In this document: in pieces, positions 17,097 to 26,949 of the stretch
How the letters are laid out: the number at the start of each line of letters is the position of its first letter
Position numbering within the stretch: position 1 is the first letter of the stretch
Program-made: the position numbers and the translations under genes
The notes under the pieces: generated by a model
The model's database searches: none
Told to the model about the DNA's origin: nothing
What the model saw: the letters and a program-made list of their open reading frames with translations, nothing else
NCBI GenBank assembly: GCA_045636665.1
Contig: JAZTXY010000106.1
Span: 1-43,653 of the forward strand
Direction: 5' to 3'
Source of the DNA: Eubacteriales bacterium
GTDB taxonomy: Bacteria; Bacillota; Clostridia; Oscillospirales; CAG-382
Length of the DNA stretch: 43,653 nt

Positions 17097-17576
17097 TTAT
17101 CTCCTCACAACGTCAGCAAATTTAAAGGGAATCGCCTTTTTAAGCTCTGAAATATTCATTTCGACCTGTCTGCCGATTTTCCCTGCCGAAAAAATCACCT
17201 TTTCCTTTTCCTCGGCGGTAAAATGCACCACCGTTTCGAAAAGCTTTTTCATCCCAACGGGCGAGCATCCGCCGTGGACGTAGCCCGTAAGCGGTAAAAG
17301 CTCGGCTTGCTTTATCATCGCGACCGATTTTTCACCCACAGCCGCAGCGGCGCGCTTTAAATCCAATTCACTTGCCGACGGAATAACGAAAACGTAATTC
17401 TTCTTCGACGGCGCAACGGTAACGAGCGTTTTGAAAACAACGCTTTCGTCATATCCCAATTTTTTCGCAATTTCAACACCCGAAAGCGCAACCTTTGTGT
17501 CGTATCCGTGCGCGATATAATCTGCGTTTACGCTGTCGAGTATCCTCATTGCGTTTGTTTTATCTTCTTTTTTCAT
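17097..17576 (-). CDS. ybaK: Cys-tRNA(Pro) deacylase
   Basis: KTNAMRIL, VFKTLV, TGYVHGGCSPVG, SAGKIG; start set at the ATGA overlap with the upstream gene. Confidence 0.92.
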   Translation of the reverse strand: MKKEDKTNAMRILDSVNADYIAHGYDTKVALSGVEIAKKLGYDESVVFKTLVTVAPSKKNYVFVIPSASELDLKRAAAAVGEKSVAMIKQAELLPLTGYVHGGCSPVGMKKLFETVVHFTAEEKEKVIFSAGKIGRQVEMNISELKKAIPFKFADVVRR

Positions 17577-19651
17577 TTTCTCTTTTTCCAAATAATTACA
17601 AAAATTATAACTGCAGCCAAAGCTATTCCGCCGATAATAAACGGCAAATAGCTTGTTTTTTCTTCCTCAACGATTTCGTCGACGCTTTCTTCGGCACTTG
17701 CTTCAACCGAGCTTTCGCCTTGTATATCGCGGTCGACGTTAACCGTCACCGTTCTTTCGGCAATAACCTCGCCGTTATAAAGTATTTCATAGGTAAAGGT
17801 ATCGACACCGCTGAACTTTCTGTCGGCGAGATATGAAAAGGTGTTCGTGCCGTTGACAAGGTTTGCATATCCGTTTTTCGGTGATTGCTTCATTCGATAG
17901 GTGCAGTGCCAATCGCCGTTAACACCCGTTTCGCCGATTACGCGCTTGTTGTCGGTAACGGTAAGCTCGCTTGTGTATTCCGCGCTCACCTTTTCGGTCG
18001 GAAGCGAAAGCGTTCCCTTTATAAATTTATAAGTCGCGTCGTAATACCAACGAAGCTCGGGATTTGCCGAAACCGCACAATCGTAAAACACGCCCGGACC
18101 TGCGCCGTTATAATATGCGTGTACCGTATCGGTCATCAAGCCGTTAAGTGACGCCGAAACAAGATATTGCTCGTAATACTTGCCGAGCGATGCATCCCAA
18201 CGCACGCCGTCGGCAATTTCCATTTGAACACCGAGCCCCAGCTGCTTTGCCGTTTGCGCGAAATCCTCCATCATTCCCGCAGGGTCGTCCTTTAGGGTGT
18301 CGTTAAAGGAAAGGTTCGGCTGCATAAGCATCGCGTCGAACTTAAATTCGTCGTTCGCATCGATGCCGACCGCCTGATAATAGGGTATCATCACGCATTG
18401 AAGTCCGCGGTCGCGCATCAATTTTGCCGCATCGCGCGCAAAGTCCCATTCGTAATCGAAGTTTTGTCTTGTAATACCCTCGCTGTTGCAAAAGTAACCC
18501 TTAAGCTCGATATTTTGGAAATCCGCCTCGGCGAAACGCTTGTCGACCTCGTCCATAAACCATTTTGTAACGTCAAGAGTGGCTTGGTAATCGTCAATTT
18601 TATCGACTTTTCCGTCGCCGTCGTAATCGCCGAACTCAATATTACCTATCTTCGGATAGGGAATCGTTAAATAAACGCTCGTTTTATAGCCGTCATCAAG
18701 CTTGAGCGTTTTTTTCATTTCGGCGGTCGCCTCGTCAAGCGCAAACAAATTGAAATCGGGATGGAAATAGTTATCGAGAAGCGTCACCCAATCGGACATA
18801 ACCGTCTGTCCGCCCGAAATGGTAAGGTTGCCGCCCGACGGACATTTTCCCTGAAGCGTTAAAAACATTACCGCGTCAAACATCGTGTCGGCAATCTTAT
18901 TGTCGCCGTCGCGGTATGCTATATAATATAGGAAGGATTCTTTTGTGTTATTGACGAGTATTTCATTATCGGGCGAATAGCCTGCGTGGAAGCAAACTAT
19001 ATCGTGAACACCGCCGAGCGCATCGCGCGAAAGATATTCACCCTTGCCCTTTTCGATAATATCGCAAAATTCGGTCGGCGGAGTAAGGCTCGAGCCGTGG
19101 CTTCCGTAAATTTCAAGCTCGTCAACAAAGGTGTTAACGGTCACGTCGAAGCTGAGCGCAACAAATCTTGCCGCGGTCGGCTTGAAGCTCATTTCATATT
19201 TCGCGATTTCGGTGTTGTTTGTGCGAGAGGGCAAAAAGGGCGATTCGTTTCCGCTTAAATTTTCAACGCGGGAGAAATTTTCGCCGTCCTGCGAAACGAA
19301 AACCTCGATTTTTTTGGGCGCAACGACACCTGCTTGGCTGTTTTGCAAAAATCTCGTTACGATTTTATCGACCGTGCAATTTTCTCCAAGGTCGATTTTT
19401 AAAACTCTGCCCGTCGCGCGGTAGAATTTCGCCCAAGCGGCATCGCCGAAATCAGCCCTGCCGTATTTTCCGTCGGTAAGGATTTTTGAAGAAAAGCGGT
19501 CCATCTCGGCATAGCTTTTTTCATTCGCAATATGGCTATTTACCGTTACGTCCTTTCCCTTTGCAAGGTTTTCGCTATCTGCAAAAGCAAAAACGCCGAA
19601 AATATTCATAAAAAACGCGGTTAAAATGACTGTCAGCCAAATACGTTTCAT
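17573..19651 (-). CDS. Exported, membrane-anchored F5/8 type C (discoidin) + DUF4855 + Ig-like protein
   Basis: Signal peptide; NLAKGK..LTDG..IDLG..FVDELEIYG; MFDAVMFL, ELKGYF, MIPYY, QPN; GVDTFTY; C-terminal TM and KKRK. Confidence 0.75.
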   Translation of the reverse strand: MKRIWLTVILTAFFMNIFGVFAFADSENLAKGKDVTVNSHIANEKSYAEMDRFSSKILTDGKYGRADFGDAAWAKFYRATGRVLKIDLGENCTVDKIVTRFLQNSQAGVVAPKKIEVFVSQDGENFSRVENLSGNESPFLPSRTNNTEIAKYEMSFKPTAARFVALSFDVTVNTFVDELEIYGSHGSSLTPPTEFCDIIEKGKGEYLSRDALGGVHDIVCFHAGYSPDNEILVNNTKESFLYYIAYRDGDNKIADTMFDAVMFLTLQGKCPSGGNLTISGGQTVMSDWVTLLDNYFHPDFNLFALDEATAEMKKTLKLDDGYKTSVYLTIPYPKIGNIEFGDYDGDGKVDKIDDYQATLDVTKWFMDEVDKRFAEADFQNIELKGYFCNSEGITRQNFDYEWDFARDAAKLMRDRGLQCVMIPYYQAVGIDANDEFKFDAMLMQPNLSFNDTLKDDPAGMMEDFAQTAKQLGLGVQMEIADGVRWDASLGKYYEQYLVSASLNGLMTDTVHAYYNGAGPGVFYDCAVSANPELRWYYDATYKFIKGTLSLPTEKVSAEYTSELTVTDNKRVIGETGVNGDWHCTYRMKQSPKNGYANLVNGTNTFSYLADRKFSGVDTFTYEILYNGEVIAERTVTVNVDRDIQGESSVEASAEESVDEIVEEEKTSYLPFIIGGIALAAVIIFVIIWKKRK

Positions 19652-19685
19652 AAGAAAAGCTCCTTTTTTTACCGATTCCTCTTAA

Positions 19686-19772
19686 ATTATAATATCTTTA
19701 CCGTAAATATGTCAAGAATTTTTGATATTTTAACAAAATACTCTTGCAAAGCGTGAAAATTCATTATATAAT
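19686..19772. promoter_or_regulatory. Divergent sigma-A promoters
   Basis: Minus strand TTGACA-18-TATAAT (19686-19715); plus strand TTGCAA-17-TATAAT (19744-19772). Confidence 0.7.
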
Positions 19773-19812
19773 AAGGTAACGCACTAACAGAAAAACAAGG
19801 AGTCTTTTTATT

Positions 19813-21435
19813 ATGAGCATTAACGTCGATTATTACGGCGATTTTTCGGTCGATAAGTCCGAACCCGTTAATTATCCGATTTCTTCTGAACGTGTTAATC
19901 TTATTTTTGGTAAAAAACAAAAAATCAAAAATTTTGAATTGATAGAAAAAAACCACCAAACCGAATGGTTCAATACTCCTGCGGAAAGCACTCGCCTTAC
20001 CGACGGCATTTATGCGACCGAAGCCGATTGCAACGATGAAGCGTTTTTCCACTTCACCTCAGGCAGCGCAAGAAGCGTTATGTATGACCTCGGCGCGGTT
20101 TGCGCGGTTGACGGCGCAAAGCTCAGCATCCTCCGTCAGGACGTTACGGGCGTAAGCGCTCCGCCCAGAATTTCGATTTATCTTTCCGAAAACGGCGACG
20201 ATTGGCAAAAGGCAGGCGAATTTACCGAAATTTATGCCGAAAGCAAAGCCGCTATCATCCGCAAAACGGTCGATTTCGGCAAGAAGTTCAAGGCGAGATA
20301 CGCAAAATTCAATTTTGTTATGACCTCGCACGTCTGGATCGACCAATTTGAGCTTTTGGGCTGCACCGATATTTCCGAAGCTTGCGAAATAATCGGCGAG
20401 CCTGAACAGGAAACCGATTTTCCCGATAAATATGCTTCCACCGAAGCATTGGGCGCAAAGGACGTGCTTTTGGCTTACTTCTGCCTCGAAAGCAAAACGC
20501 CCATCACCAAGGAAATCTTCCTCCCCCACGTTGCTTATATGGAAAACGGCGAAATTAAGGATACCCTTTTCGACGGCTTCCTTTTCCTCCCTTACGTTGC
20601 ATTCCTTTACGATAAATACACCAAGCGTCCCCTTAAAAAGGATAAGTGGCAATATTATATCGACCAGCAATATATCGCAGACGGCAATATGGACGCGCTT
20701 GAACAAGCGGCGGCAGAGGTCGGCGAAAAATTGGGTATGCCCGATTACAAGGTTAGTGTTTACCTTTCCATCCTTTATCCCGTTACCGAGGTAAGCGAAT
20801 TTGGCGAGGTAGACGGCAAAAATCTCGATTTCTCGAAGCTTGAAGACCGCAAAGCGGGTCTTAAATGGCTTATCGACGAGCAATATAAGCGCTTTGTTGA
20901 AAAGAACTACAAGCATCTTGAATTAAAGGGCTATTACTGGTTCACCGAGGAAATCAATTATTCCGACAGCCAATTGATTGAGCTTTTGCATTACACCACC
21001 GATTACGTGCGCGATATGGGACTTATCACAACCTGGATACCCTATTTCCACGCTTCGGGCTATAATGATTGGCAAAATTTGGGCTTTGACGTCGTTTGCT
21101 ATCAACCGAACTACGCCTTCAACCAAGCCGTTCCCGATTCGCGACTTTTCAATGCCGCGGCTACCGCAAAATTACACGGTATGTGCATCGAGCTTGAGGT
21201 AGGCGGTACTCAGCCTTGGAATATCGAAAGAATCAAGAAATATTACGCCGCAGGTGCGCTTACCGGATATATGAAGGATGCCGCGCACATGTATTATCAG
21301 GGCGGCGTTCCCGACGTTTATTATTACGCATATAAATCCGAAGATCCCGATCTTCACTCGGTTTACACCGACACCTATCGCTTTATCAAGGGTACTTTTG
21401 ACCCCAACGAAATTGAATTTAATTTGGAGGACTGA
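19813..21435 (+). CDS. Cytoplasmic discoidin + DUF4855 protein
   Basis: LTDG..YDLG; LFDGFLFL, ELKGYYWFTE, WIPYFHASG..GFD..QPNYAF, IELE; no signal peptide. Confidence 0.8.
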   Translation: MSINVDYYGDFSVDKSEPVNYPISSERVNLIFGKKQKIKNFELIEKNHQTEWFNTPAESTRLTDGIYATEADCNDEAFFHFTSGSARSVMYDLGAVCAVDGAKLSILRQDVTGVSAPPRISIYLSENGDDWQKAGEFTEIYAESKAAIIRKTVDFGKKFKARYAKFNFVMTSHVWIDQFELLGCTDISEACEIIGEPEQETDFPDKYASTEALGAKDVLLAYFCLESKTPITKEIFLPHVAYMENGEIKDTLFDGFLFLPYVAFLYDKYTKRPLKKDKWQYYIDQQYIADGNMDALEQAAAEVGEKLGMPDYKVSVYLSILYPVTEVSEFGEVDGKNLDFSKLEDRKAGLKWLIDEQYKRFVEKNYKHLELKGYYWFTEEINYSDSQLIELLHYTTDYVRDMGLITTWIPYFHASGYNDWQNLGFDVVCYQPNYAFNQAVPDSRLFNAAATAKLHGMCIELEVGGTQPWNIERIKKYYAAGALTGYMKDAAHMYYQGGVPDVYYYAYKSEDPDLHSVYTDTYRFIKGTFDPNEIEFNLED

Positions 21436-21440
21436 ATAAA

Positions 21441-21728
21441 ATGATCGAAAAAGTAAAAGACGCAAACACCGACAAGCTCGCGGCCGCTATCGTTAGCGTT
21501 CGCTCTGTTGAGGAAGCATACCGTTTCCTTTCCGATCTTTGCACCATCAGCGAAATTACCGAAATGAGCAAAAGACTCACAGCGGCAGAAATGCTCCGTG
21601 ACGGCAACACCTATAACGAAATTGCCGAAAAAACTCACCTCTCCACCGCAACCATCACCCGTGTAAACCGCGCTCTCCGTTACGGCAGCGACGGCTATTC
21701 GATGGTTCTCGACCGCATTTCTGAATGA
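21441..21728 (+). CDS. YerC/YecD family TrpR-like protein
   Basis: FLSDLCTISEI..MSKRL...TYNEIAEKTHLSTATITRVNRALRYGSDGY. Confidence 0.9.
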   Translation: MIEKVKDANTDKLAAAIVSVRSVEEAYRFLSDLCTISEITEMSKRLTAAEMLRDGNTYNEIAEKTHLSTATITRVNRALRYGSDGYSMVLDRISE

Positions 21729-22453
21729 GCTTTGCTGCGCTGGCGGAAATTTATGACCGCATAAACGGCGAAGCGTACCGACCTTATGCAGATATGCTTG
21801 AAGAAGCGTTTAAATTATCCGATATTGAAGTTAAGGAAGTACTTGACCTCGGCTGCGGGAGGGTCGGAATAACCGCTTTGCTTGCCGACAGAGGTTACGA
21901 TATGATCGGGCTTGACATTTCACCCGATATGCTCAATATTGCGCGGGAGCGCAATTACGGCAAAAACACCCTGCTTTTGTGTCAGGATATGTGCGAATTC
22001 GAGCTTTACGGAACGGTTCAAGCGATTTATTCCTCGTTTGACTGTCTGAATTATATCGTTAAGAACAAAGACCTCAAGCAGGTCTTTGTTTTGGCGCGCA
22101 ATTATCTTGAAGCGGGCGGTCTTTTTATCTTCGACGTGAACACCCGTTTCAGATATACCGACGTGTTCGACGGTAACAGCTTCGTTTATGAATTTGAAGA
22201 CGGCGTTTTTGCCGTCTGGCGCAACGCGTTCGACGAAAAAAAGGATATTTGCGAGTTTGAAATCGACGTATTCTTTGAAGCCGACGACGGACTTTATGAA
22301 CGCGCGTGCGAAACGCAAACCCAAAAATATCACACCCACGAGGAAATAATGGGATGTGCAGACGGATTTACCCTTATTTCGCGCACGGGCGGAAAGGGCT
22401 TTGACGGCTGCAAGGAAAACGAAAAGGAATATTACGTTTTCAAAAAACTTTAA
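21725..22453 (+). CDS. Class I SAM-dependent methyltransferase
   Basis: VLDLGCG, GLDISPDML, LCQDM, DCLNY, GGLFIFDVNT. Confidence 0.9.
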   Translation: MSFAALAEIYDRINGEAYRPYADMLEEAFKLSDIEVKEVLDLGCGRVGITALLADRGYDMIGLDISPDMLNIARERNYGKNTLLLCQDMCEFELYGTVQAIYSSFDCLNYIVKNKDLKQVFVLARNYLEAGGLFIFDVNTRFRYTDVFDGNSFVYEFEDGVFAVWRNAFDEKKDICEFEIDVFFEADDGLYERACETQTQKYHTHEEIMGCADGFTLISRTGGKGFDGCKENEKEYYVFKKL

Positions 22454-22467
22454 GTAAGGTGTTTTTT

Positions 22468-23325
22468 ATGAAAATATCCGAAATTTTAAAATCGAAAGAA
22501 ATAACCGTTTCCTGCGAGATTTTTCCGCCGAAATTGGGCGCGGAATTGGCGCAAAGCCGCAAAATCGTTTCGGAAATGGCGGCATTGAAGCCCGATTTTA
22601 TCTCCGTAACCTACGGTGCGGCGGGCTCGACCGCGCAATTCACCGCCGAGCTTGCCGAGGAGGTTGAAAATTGCGGCATCGCGTCGCTTGCCCACGTGAC
22701 CTGCGTTTCCTCCGACGAGGAATCGTTAAAGGCATACCTCGAATCGCTTAAAACAAACGGTATTCAAAACGTCCTCGCGTTGCGCGGCGATATGCCCGTC
22801 GGACGCGAGCCGAAAAGAGTCTACCCCCACGCAAGCGACCTTGCAAGGGCAATCAAGCAAATGGGCGATTTTTGTGTCGGCGGCGCTTGCTATCCCGAGG
22901 GACACCCCGAGGCGAAAAGCGTTTCGGCAGATATCGACGCCTTGAAGATAAAGGCAGAAAGCGGTTGCGAATTTTTCACAACGCAAATGTTTTTCGATAA
23001 CGATATTATGTATTCGTTTATGACGAAATTCCAACGCAAGGGCATAAATATCCCCGTAATTGCGGGTATTATGCCGATAACCAACGCGCGTCAGCTTCTA
23101 AGAAGCGCATCGCTTTCGGGCACGACCGTGCCGAGAAGACTGCGCGAAATTGTCGAACGCTTCGGCGAAAAGCCCCAAGCGATGAGGCAGGCAGGCATTA
23201 TTTACGCCACCGAGCAGATAATCGACCTTATCGCAAACGGCGTTAACAACATCCATATTTATGCAATGAACAAGCCCGACGTCGCGTCGGAGATACTTTC
23301 GAATATTTCGGAGATCATAAAATGA
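22468..23325 (+). CDS. metF: 5,10-methylenetetrahydrofolate reductase
   Basis: SCEIFPPK, FISVTYGAAG, LALRGD, ACYPEGH, TQMFFDN, AGIMPI. Confidence 0.95.
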   Translation: MKISEILKSKEITVSCEIFPPKLGAELAQSRKIVSEMAALKPDFISVTYGAAGSTAQFTAELAEEVENCGIASLAHVTCVSSDEESLKAYLESLKTNGIQNVLALRGDMPVGREPKRVYPHASDLARAIKQMGDFCVGGACYPEGHPEAKSVSADIDALKIKAESGCEFFTTQMFFDNDIMYSFMTKFQRKGINIPVIAGIMPITNARQLLRSASLSGTTVPRRLREIVERFGEKPQAMRQAGIIYATEQIIDLIANGVNNIHIYAMNKPDVASEILSNISEIIK

Positions 23326-25679
23326 GTATTCTTGAACTTTTCGGGAAAAAGGCGTTGGTTTTCGACGGCGCAATGGGTACGATGCTCCAAGCGCGCGGCT
23401 TGAAGGCAGGTCAGCTTCCCGAAACGCTTAACCGTTTGTCGCCCGAAGCGGTGCTCGACGTACACCGCGCATATATAAACGCAGGCGCAGACGTAATTTC
23501 AACAAACTCCTTCGGCGCAAACGCAATCAAGCTTGCCCCCTATGGCTTGGACAGCGAAAGCGAGGTATTCCTTGCCGTATCGCTTGCAAAGCAGGCGGCA
23601 AACGAATCCGACCGCAAAATTTTCGTCGCCGCGGACATAGGACCTACCGGTAAATTAATGCCCCCTTTGGGTGATTTTTCGTTTGAAGAAGCGGTAAATG
23701 CCTTTAAGGGTGCCGTTATCGGCGCGAAAAAGGCAGGCGCTGACCTTATTTTCTTTGAAACCTTTCAAGACCTTTACGAATGCAAGGCGGCAATCACCGC
23801 CGCAAAGGAAAATTCCGACCTCCCGATTGCGGTTTCGCTTACCTTTGACGAAAACCGACGCACCTTAACGGGCGCGGATGCCCAAACGGTCGCATTTTAC
23901 CTCTCGTCGGTCGGTGCGGATATTATCGGCATAAACTGCGGATTGGGCCCCGATGCAATGGAGCCGATAGCTATCGAGCTTGCAAGCTTCGGCATACCGA
24001 TGATAGTCAACGCAAACGCAGGCTTGCCTAAAATCGCAGACGACGGAAGCACCTATTTCGATATCGAGCCGTCGCGCTTTACCTCGTTTGCAAACAGCTT
24101 GTATGAAAACGGAGTTGCCGCCGTCGGCGGATGCTGCGGTACGAATCCCGAATATATTAAATGCGTATCTATTGCCGCAAGGGATAAAAAAGTAAATCTC
24201 CGCCCAAGAAAAATTCTGCCCGCAGTTTGCTCGGGCACACGTCTTTACACCTTGGGCAGTAAATGTGCCATTGTCGGCGAGCGCCTTAACCCGACGGGCA
24301 AATCGAAGCTTAAAGAGGCTTTACGAAACAAAAATCTCGATTATCTTTGCAACGAAGCGGTTGCCCAACAGGCGTCCGATGCCGATATTCTCGACGTAAA
24401 CGTCGGCATCCCCGAAATCGACGAAAGCGAAATGCTTACCAAGGCGGTACTTGCGGTTCAAACCGTAACCGACCTGCCGCTTCAGCTCGATTCGGCGGAT
24501 GCAAAGGCGTTGACTCTTGCCGCAAGAAAATACAACGGCGTGCCGATAATCAACTCGGTCAACGGCAAGGACGAATGTCTTGATTCGATACTTCCGATAG
24601 TAAAAAGCTGCGGCGGTATGTGCGTTGCGCTTCTGCTTGACGAAAACGGCATTCCCGATACCGCATCGGGCAGACTTTCGATTGCCGAAAAGATAATAAA
24701 ACGCGCAAAGGAATTTGGAATCGACGAAAAGCGTTTCCTTTTCGATGCGCTTACAATGACGGTCGCAACCGACGAAAAAAGCGGTGAAAAAACGCTTGAA
24801 TGCGTTCAAAAGCTGACCGAAAAAGGACTTTACACAACACTCGGCGTTTCGAATATCTCGTTCGGTATGCGAAACCGAGAAGAAATCAACGCATCCTTCC
24901 TCGGCGCGGCGATTGCGCGCGGACTGACCGCCGCAATTATGAATCCGTCGAGCGAAAGTATGAAATTGGTTCTTGCCCAAGAAGCTCCAAGCCGAGATTT
25001 TACTTATGAAAAAGAGCCCACGGGCGAATCCGAAGCTTCAAGCACAAAAAAGGAATTTACGCTGTTCGATGCGGTTTATTTGGGACTTTCGGCAAAGGCT
25101 TACGAGCTTGCTTCCGTTGCGCTTAAAACGAAAAAACCGCTTGAGGTAATAGAAACCGACCTTATACCTGCGCTCAACGCGCTCGGCGAAGGGTATGAAA
25201 GCAAAAAAATCTTTCTTCCCCGTCTGCTCGGCGGCGCGGAAGCGGCAAAATCCGCGTTCAAGGCGGTAAATCAGGCGATGTCGTCGGCAGACGATAGGAA
25301 AAACGGAATGAAGGTCGTTTTCGCAACGGTACACGGCGATATCCACGACATCGGTAAAAATATCGTTGTAACTCTCCTTTCAAACTACGGCTTTACCGTC
25401 GTCGACCTCGGCAAGGACGTGCCGCCCCAAGCAATACTTGAAGCCGTAAAGGAGCATAAAGCCTCCCTTTTGGGGCTTTCGGCATTGATGACGACGACCG
25501 TACCCGCAATGGTCGAAACGGTGCGTCTTGTGCGCGAAAGCTGTCCCGAAACCAAAATAATGGTCGGCGGCGCAGTGCTTACCAAGGAATACGCCGAAAC
25601 GATGGGCGCCGACTTTTTCGGAATCGACGCGATGACGGCGGTGAGGTACGCGCAAAGCATCGATATTGAAAATCAGTGA
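23322..25679 (+). CDS. metH: Cobalamin-dependent methionine synthase (Hcy-, folate- and B12-binding domains; no reactivation domain)
   Basis: DGAMGT, GINC, GGCCGT, GERLNPTG, GVSNISFG, GDIHDIGKNIV, SALMTTT. Confidence 0.9.
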   Translation: MSILELFGKKALVFDGAMGTMLQARGLKAGQLPETLNRLSPEAVLDVHRAYINAGADVISTNSFGANAIKLAPYGLDSESEVFLAVSLAKQAANESDRKIFVAADIGPTGKLMPPLGDFSFEEAVNAFKGAVIGAKKAGADLIFFETFQDLYECKAAITAAKENSDLPIAVSLTFDENRRTLTGADAQTVAFYLSSVGADIIGINCGLGPDAMEPIAIELASFGIPMIVNANAGLPKIADDGSTYFDIEPSRFTSFANSLYENGVAAVGGCCGTNPEYIKCVSIAARDKKVNLRPRKILPAVCSGTRLYTLGSKCAIVGERLNPTGKSKLKEALRNKNLDYLCNEAVAQQASDADILDVNVGIPEIDESEMLTKAVLAVQTVTDLPLQLDSADAKALTLAARKYNGVPIINSVNGKDECLDSILPIVKSCGGMCVALLLDENGIPDTASGRLSIAEKIIKRAKEFGIDEKRFLFDALTMTVATDEKSGEKTLECVQKLTEKGLYTTLGVSNISFGMRNREEINASFLGAAIARGLTAAIMNPSSESMKLVLAQEAPSRDFTYEKEPTGESEASSTKKEFTLFDAVYLGLSAKAYELASVALKTKKPLEVIETDLIPALNALGEGYESKKIFLPRLLGGAEAAKSAFKAVNQAMSSADDRKNGMKVVFATVHGDIHDIGKNIVVTLLSNYGFTVVDLGKDVPPQAILEAVKEHKASLLGLSALMTTTVPAMVETVRLVRESCPETKIMVGGAVLTKEYAETMGADFFGIDAMTAVRYAQSIDIENQ

Positions 25680-25711
25680 TATTTTAAAGCTCTACTTTTA
25701 CAAAAAAACCA

Positions 25712-25773
25712 TTGCAATTTAAGGATTTCTTTGATATAATTACCTTGAATTGGAATGCGATTATTTAAATCGC
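25712..25773 (+). promoter_or_regulatory. sigma-A promoter of nagA-ROK with a downstream dyad (possible operator)
   Basis: TTGCAA-17-TATAAT with extended TG; GCGATT-N5-AATCGC at 25757-25773. Confidence 0.6.
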
Positions 25774-25809
25774 GCAAAACAAAGAAATAATAATGCAGGA
25801 GAAAATAAA

Positions 25810-26949
25810 ATGAAAGCTATTGTTAACGGCAAAATCATTTTGAAGGACCGCATTGTTGAAGGAAGCGCGCTTCTTTACAGCAATGTGATCGAAGGTATCG
25901 TTCCGGCAGACAAGCTTCCCGAAGGCGTCGAAGTTATCGACGCAAAGGGCGGATACGTTGCTCCCGGTCTTATCGATATCCACATTCACGGCTACCTCGG
26001 AAAAGACGTTTGCGACGGCGAAGAGGAAAGCATCCGCACCATTTCCAAGGGCTTGCTTGCAAACGGTGTTACCGGCTATCTTCCCACCACCATGACCGTT
26101 GATATGAAGGTCATCAAAAAAGCTCTTGAGGTTTGCAGAGCTCTTAAGGAAGAAAGTAAGACTTGGGAAGGCTCGGCTATTCTCGGCGTACACGCCGAAG
26201 GTCCCTTCATCAGCGCGGCTAAAAAAGGCGCTCAGGACCCCAAATACATCCTCAAGCCCGATGCTAAATTCGTTAAGGAATATGCGGATATCATCAGCAT
26301 CATCTCGCTCGCTCCCGAAGAAGATGACAACTTTGAAGCAATCAAAGAAATCCGCCGCGATACCGACGTTATTATGTCGATCGGCCACACCAGCGCTGAC
26401 TATGCAACCGCAATGAAGTCGACCGAGGTCGGTATGCGCCACGTTACCCACCTTTTCAACGCAATGACCGCGCTCGGCCACCGTGCACCCGGCGTTGTTA
26501 CCGCCGCTCTTAACAGCGACGTTTCCTGCGAGCTTATCGTTGACGCGTTCCACGTTGACCCCGTTCTTTACGATATGCTCTTTAAGATCAAGGGCAGAAA
26601 GCTCTGCTTCATCACCGACTGTCTCCCTGCAGGCGGACTTCCCGAAGGTGAATATACCCTCGGCGGCACCAAGATTATCTATCGCGGTATCGTTTGCCGA
26701 CTCGAAGACGGCACCGTTGCAGGCTCTGTTCTCCACCTCAACAAGGGTGTTTGGAACGTATATACCAACTCCTCTATTCCTTTGTGGGAATGCGTTAACG
26801 GCGCATCGCTCAACCCTGCAACCACTCTCGGCATCGACGACAAGAAGGGCTCGATCGAGGTTGGTAAGGATGCAGACATCATCATCACTGATAATGAATT
26901 TAACGTAGAAAAAACCATCATCGGAGGTAATACCAAATATGAAGCTTAA
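25810..26949 (+). CDS. nagA: N-acetylglucosamine-6-phosphate deacetylase
   Basis: PGLIDIHIHG, HAEGPF, GHT, THLFNAM, ITD, AGS; AGGAG RBS before ATG 25810. Confidence 0.95.
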   Translation: MKAIVNGKIILKDRIVEGSALLYSNVIEGIVPADKLPEGVEVIDAKGGYVAPGLIDIHIHGYLGKDVCDGEEESIRTISKGLLANGVTGYLPTTMTVDMKVIKKALEVCRALKEESKTWEGSAILGVHAEGPFISAAKKGAQDPKYILKPDAKFVKEYADIISIISLAPEEDDNFEAIKEIRRDTDVIMSIGHTSADYATAMKSTEVGMRHVTHLFNAMTALGHRAPGVVTAALNSDVSCELIVDAFHVDPVLYDMLFKIKGRKLCFITDCLPAGGLPEGEYTLGGTKIIYRGIVCRLEDGTVAGSVLHLNKGVWNVYTNSSIPLWECVNGASLNPATTLGIDDKKGSIEVGKDADIIITDNEFNVEKTIIGGNTKYEA

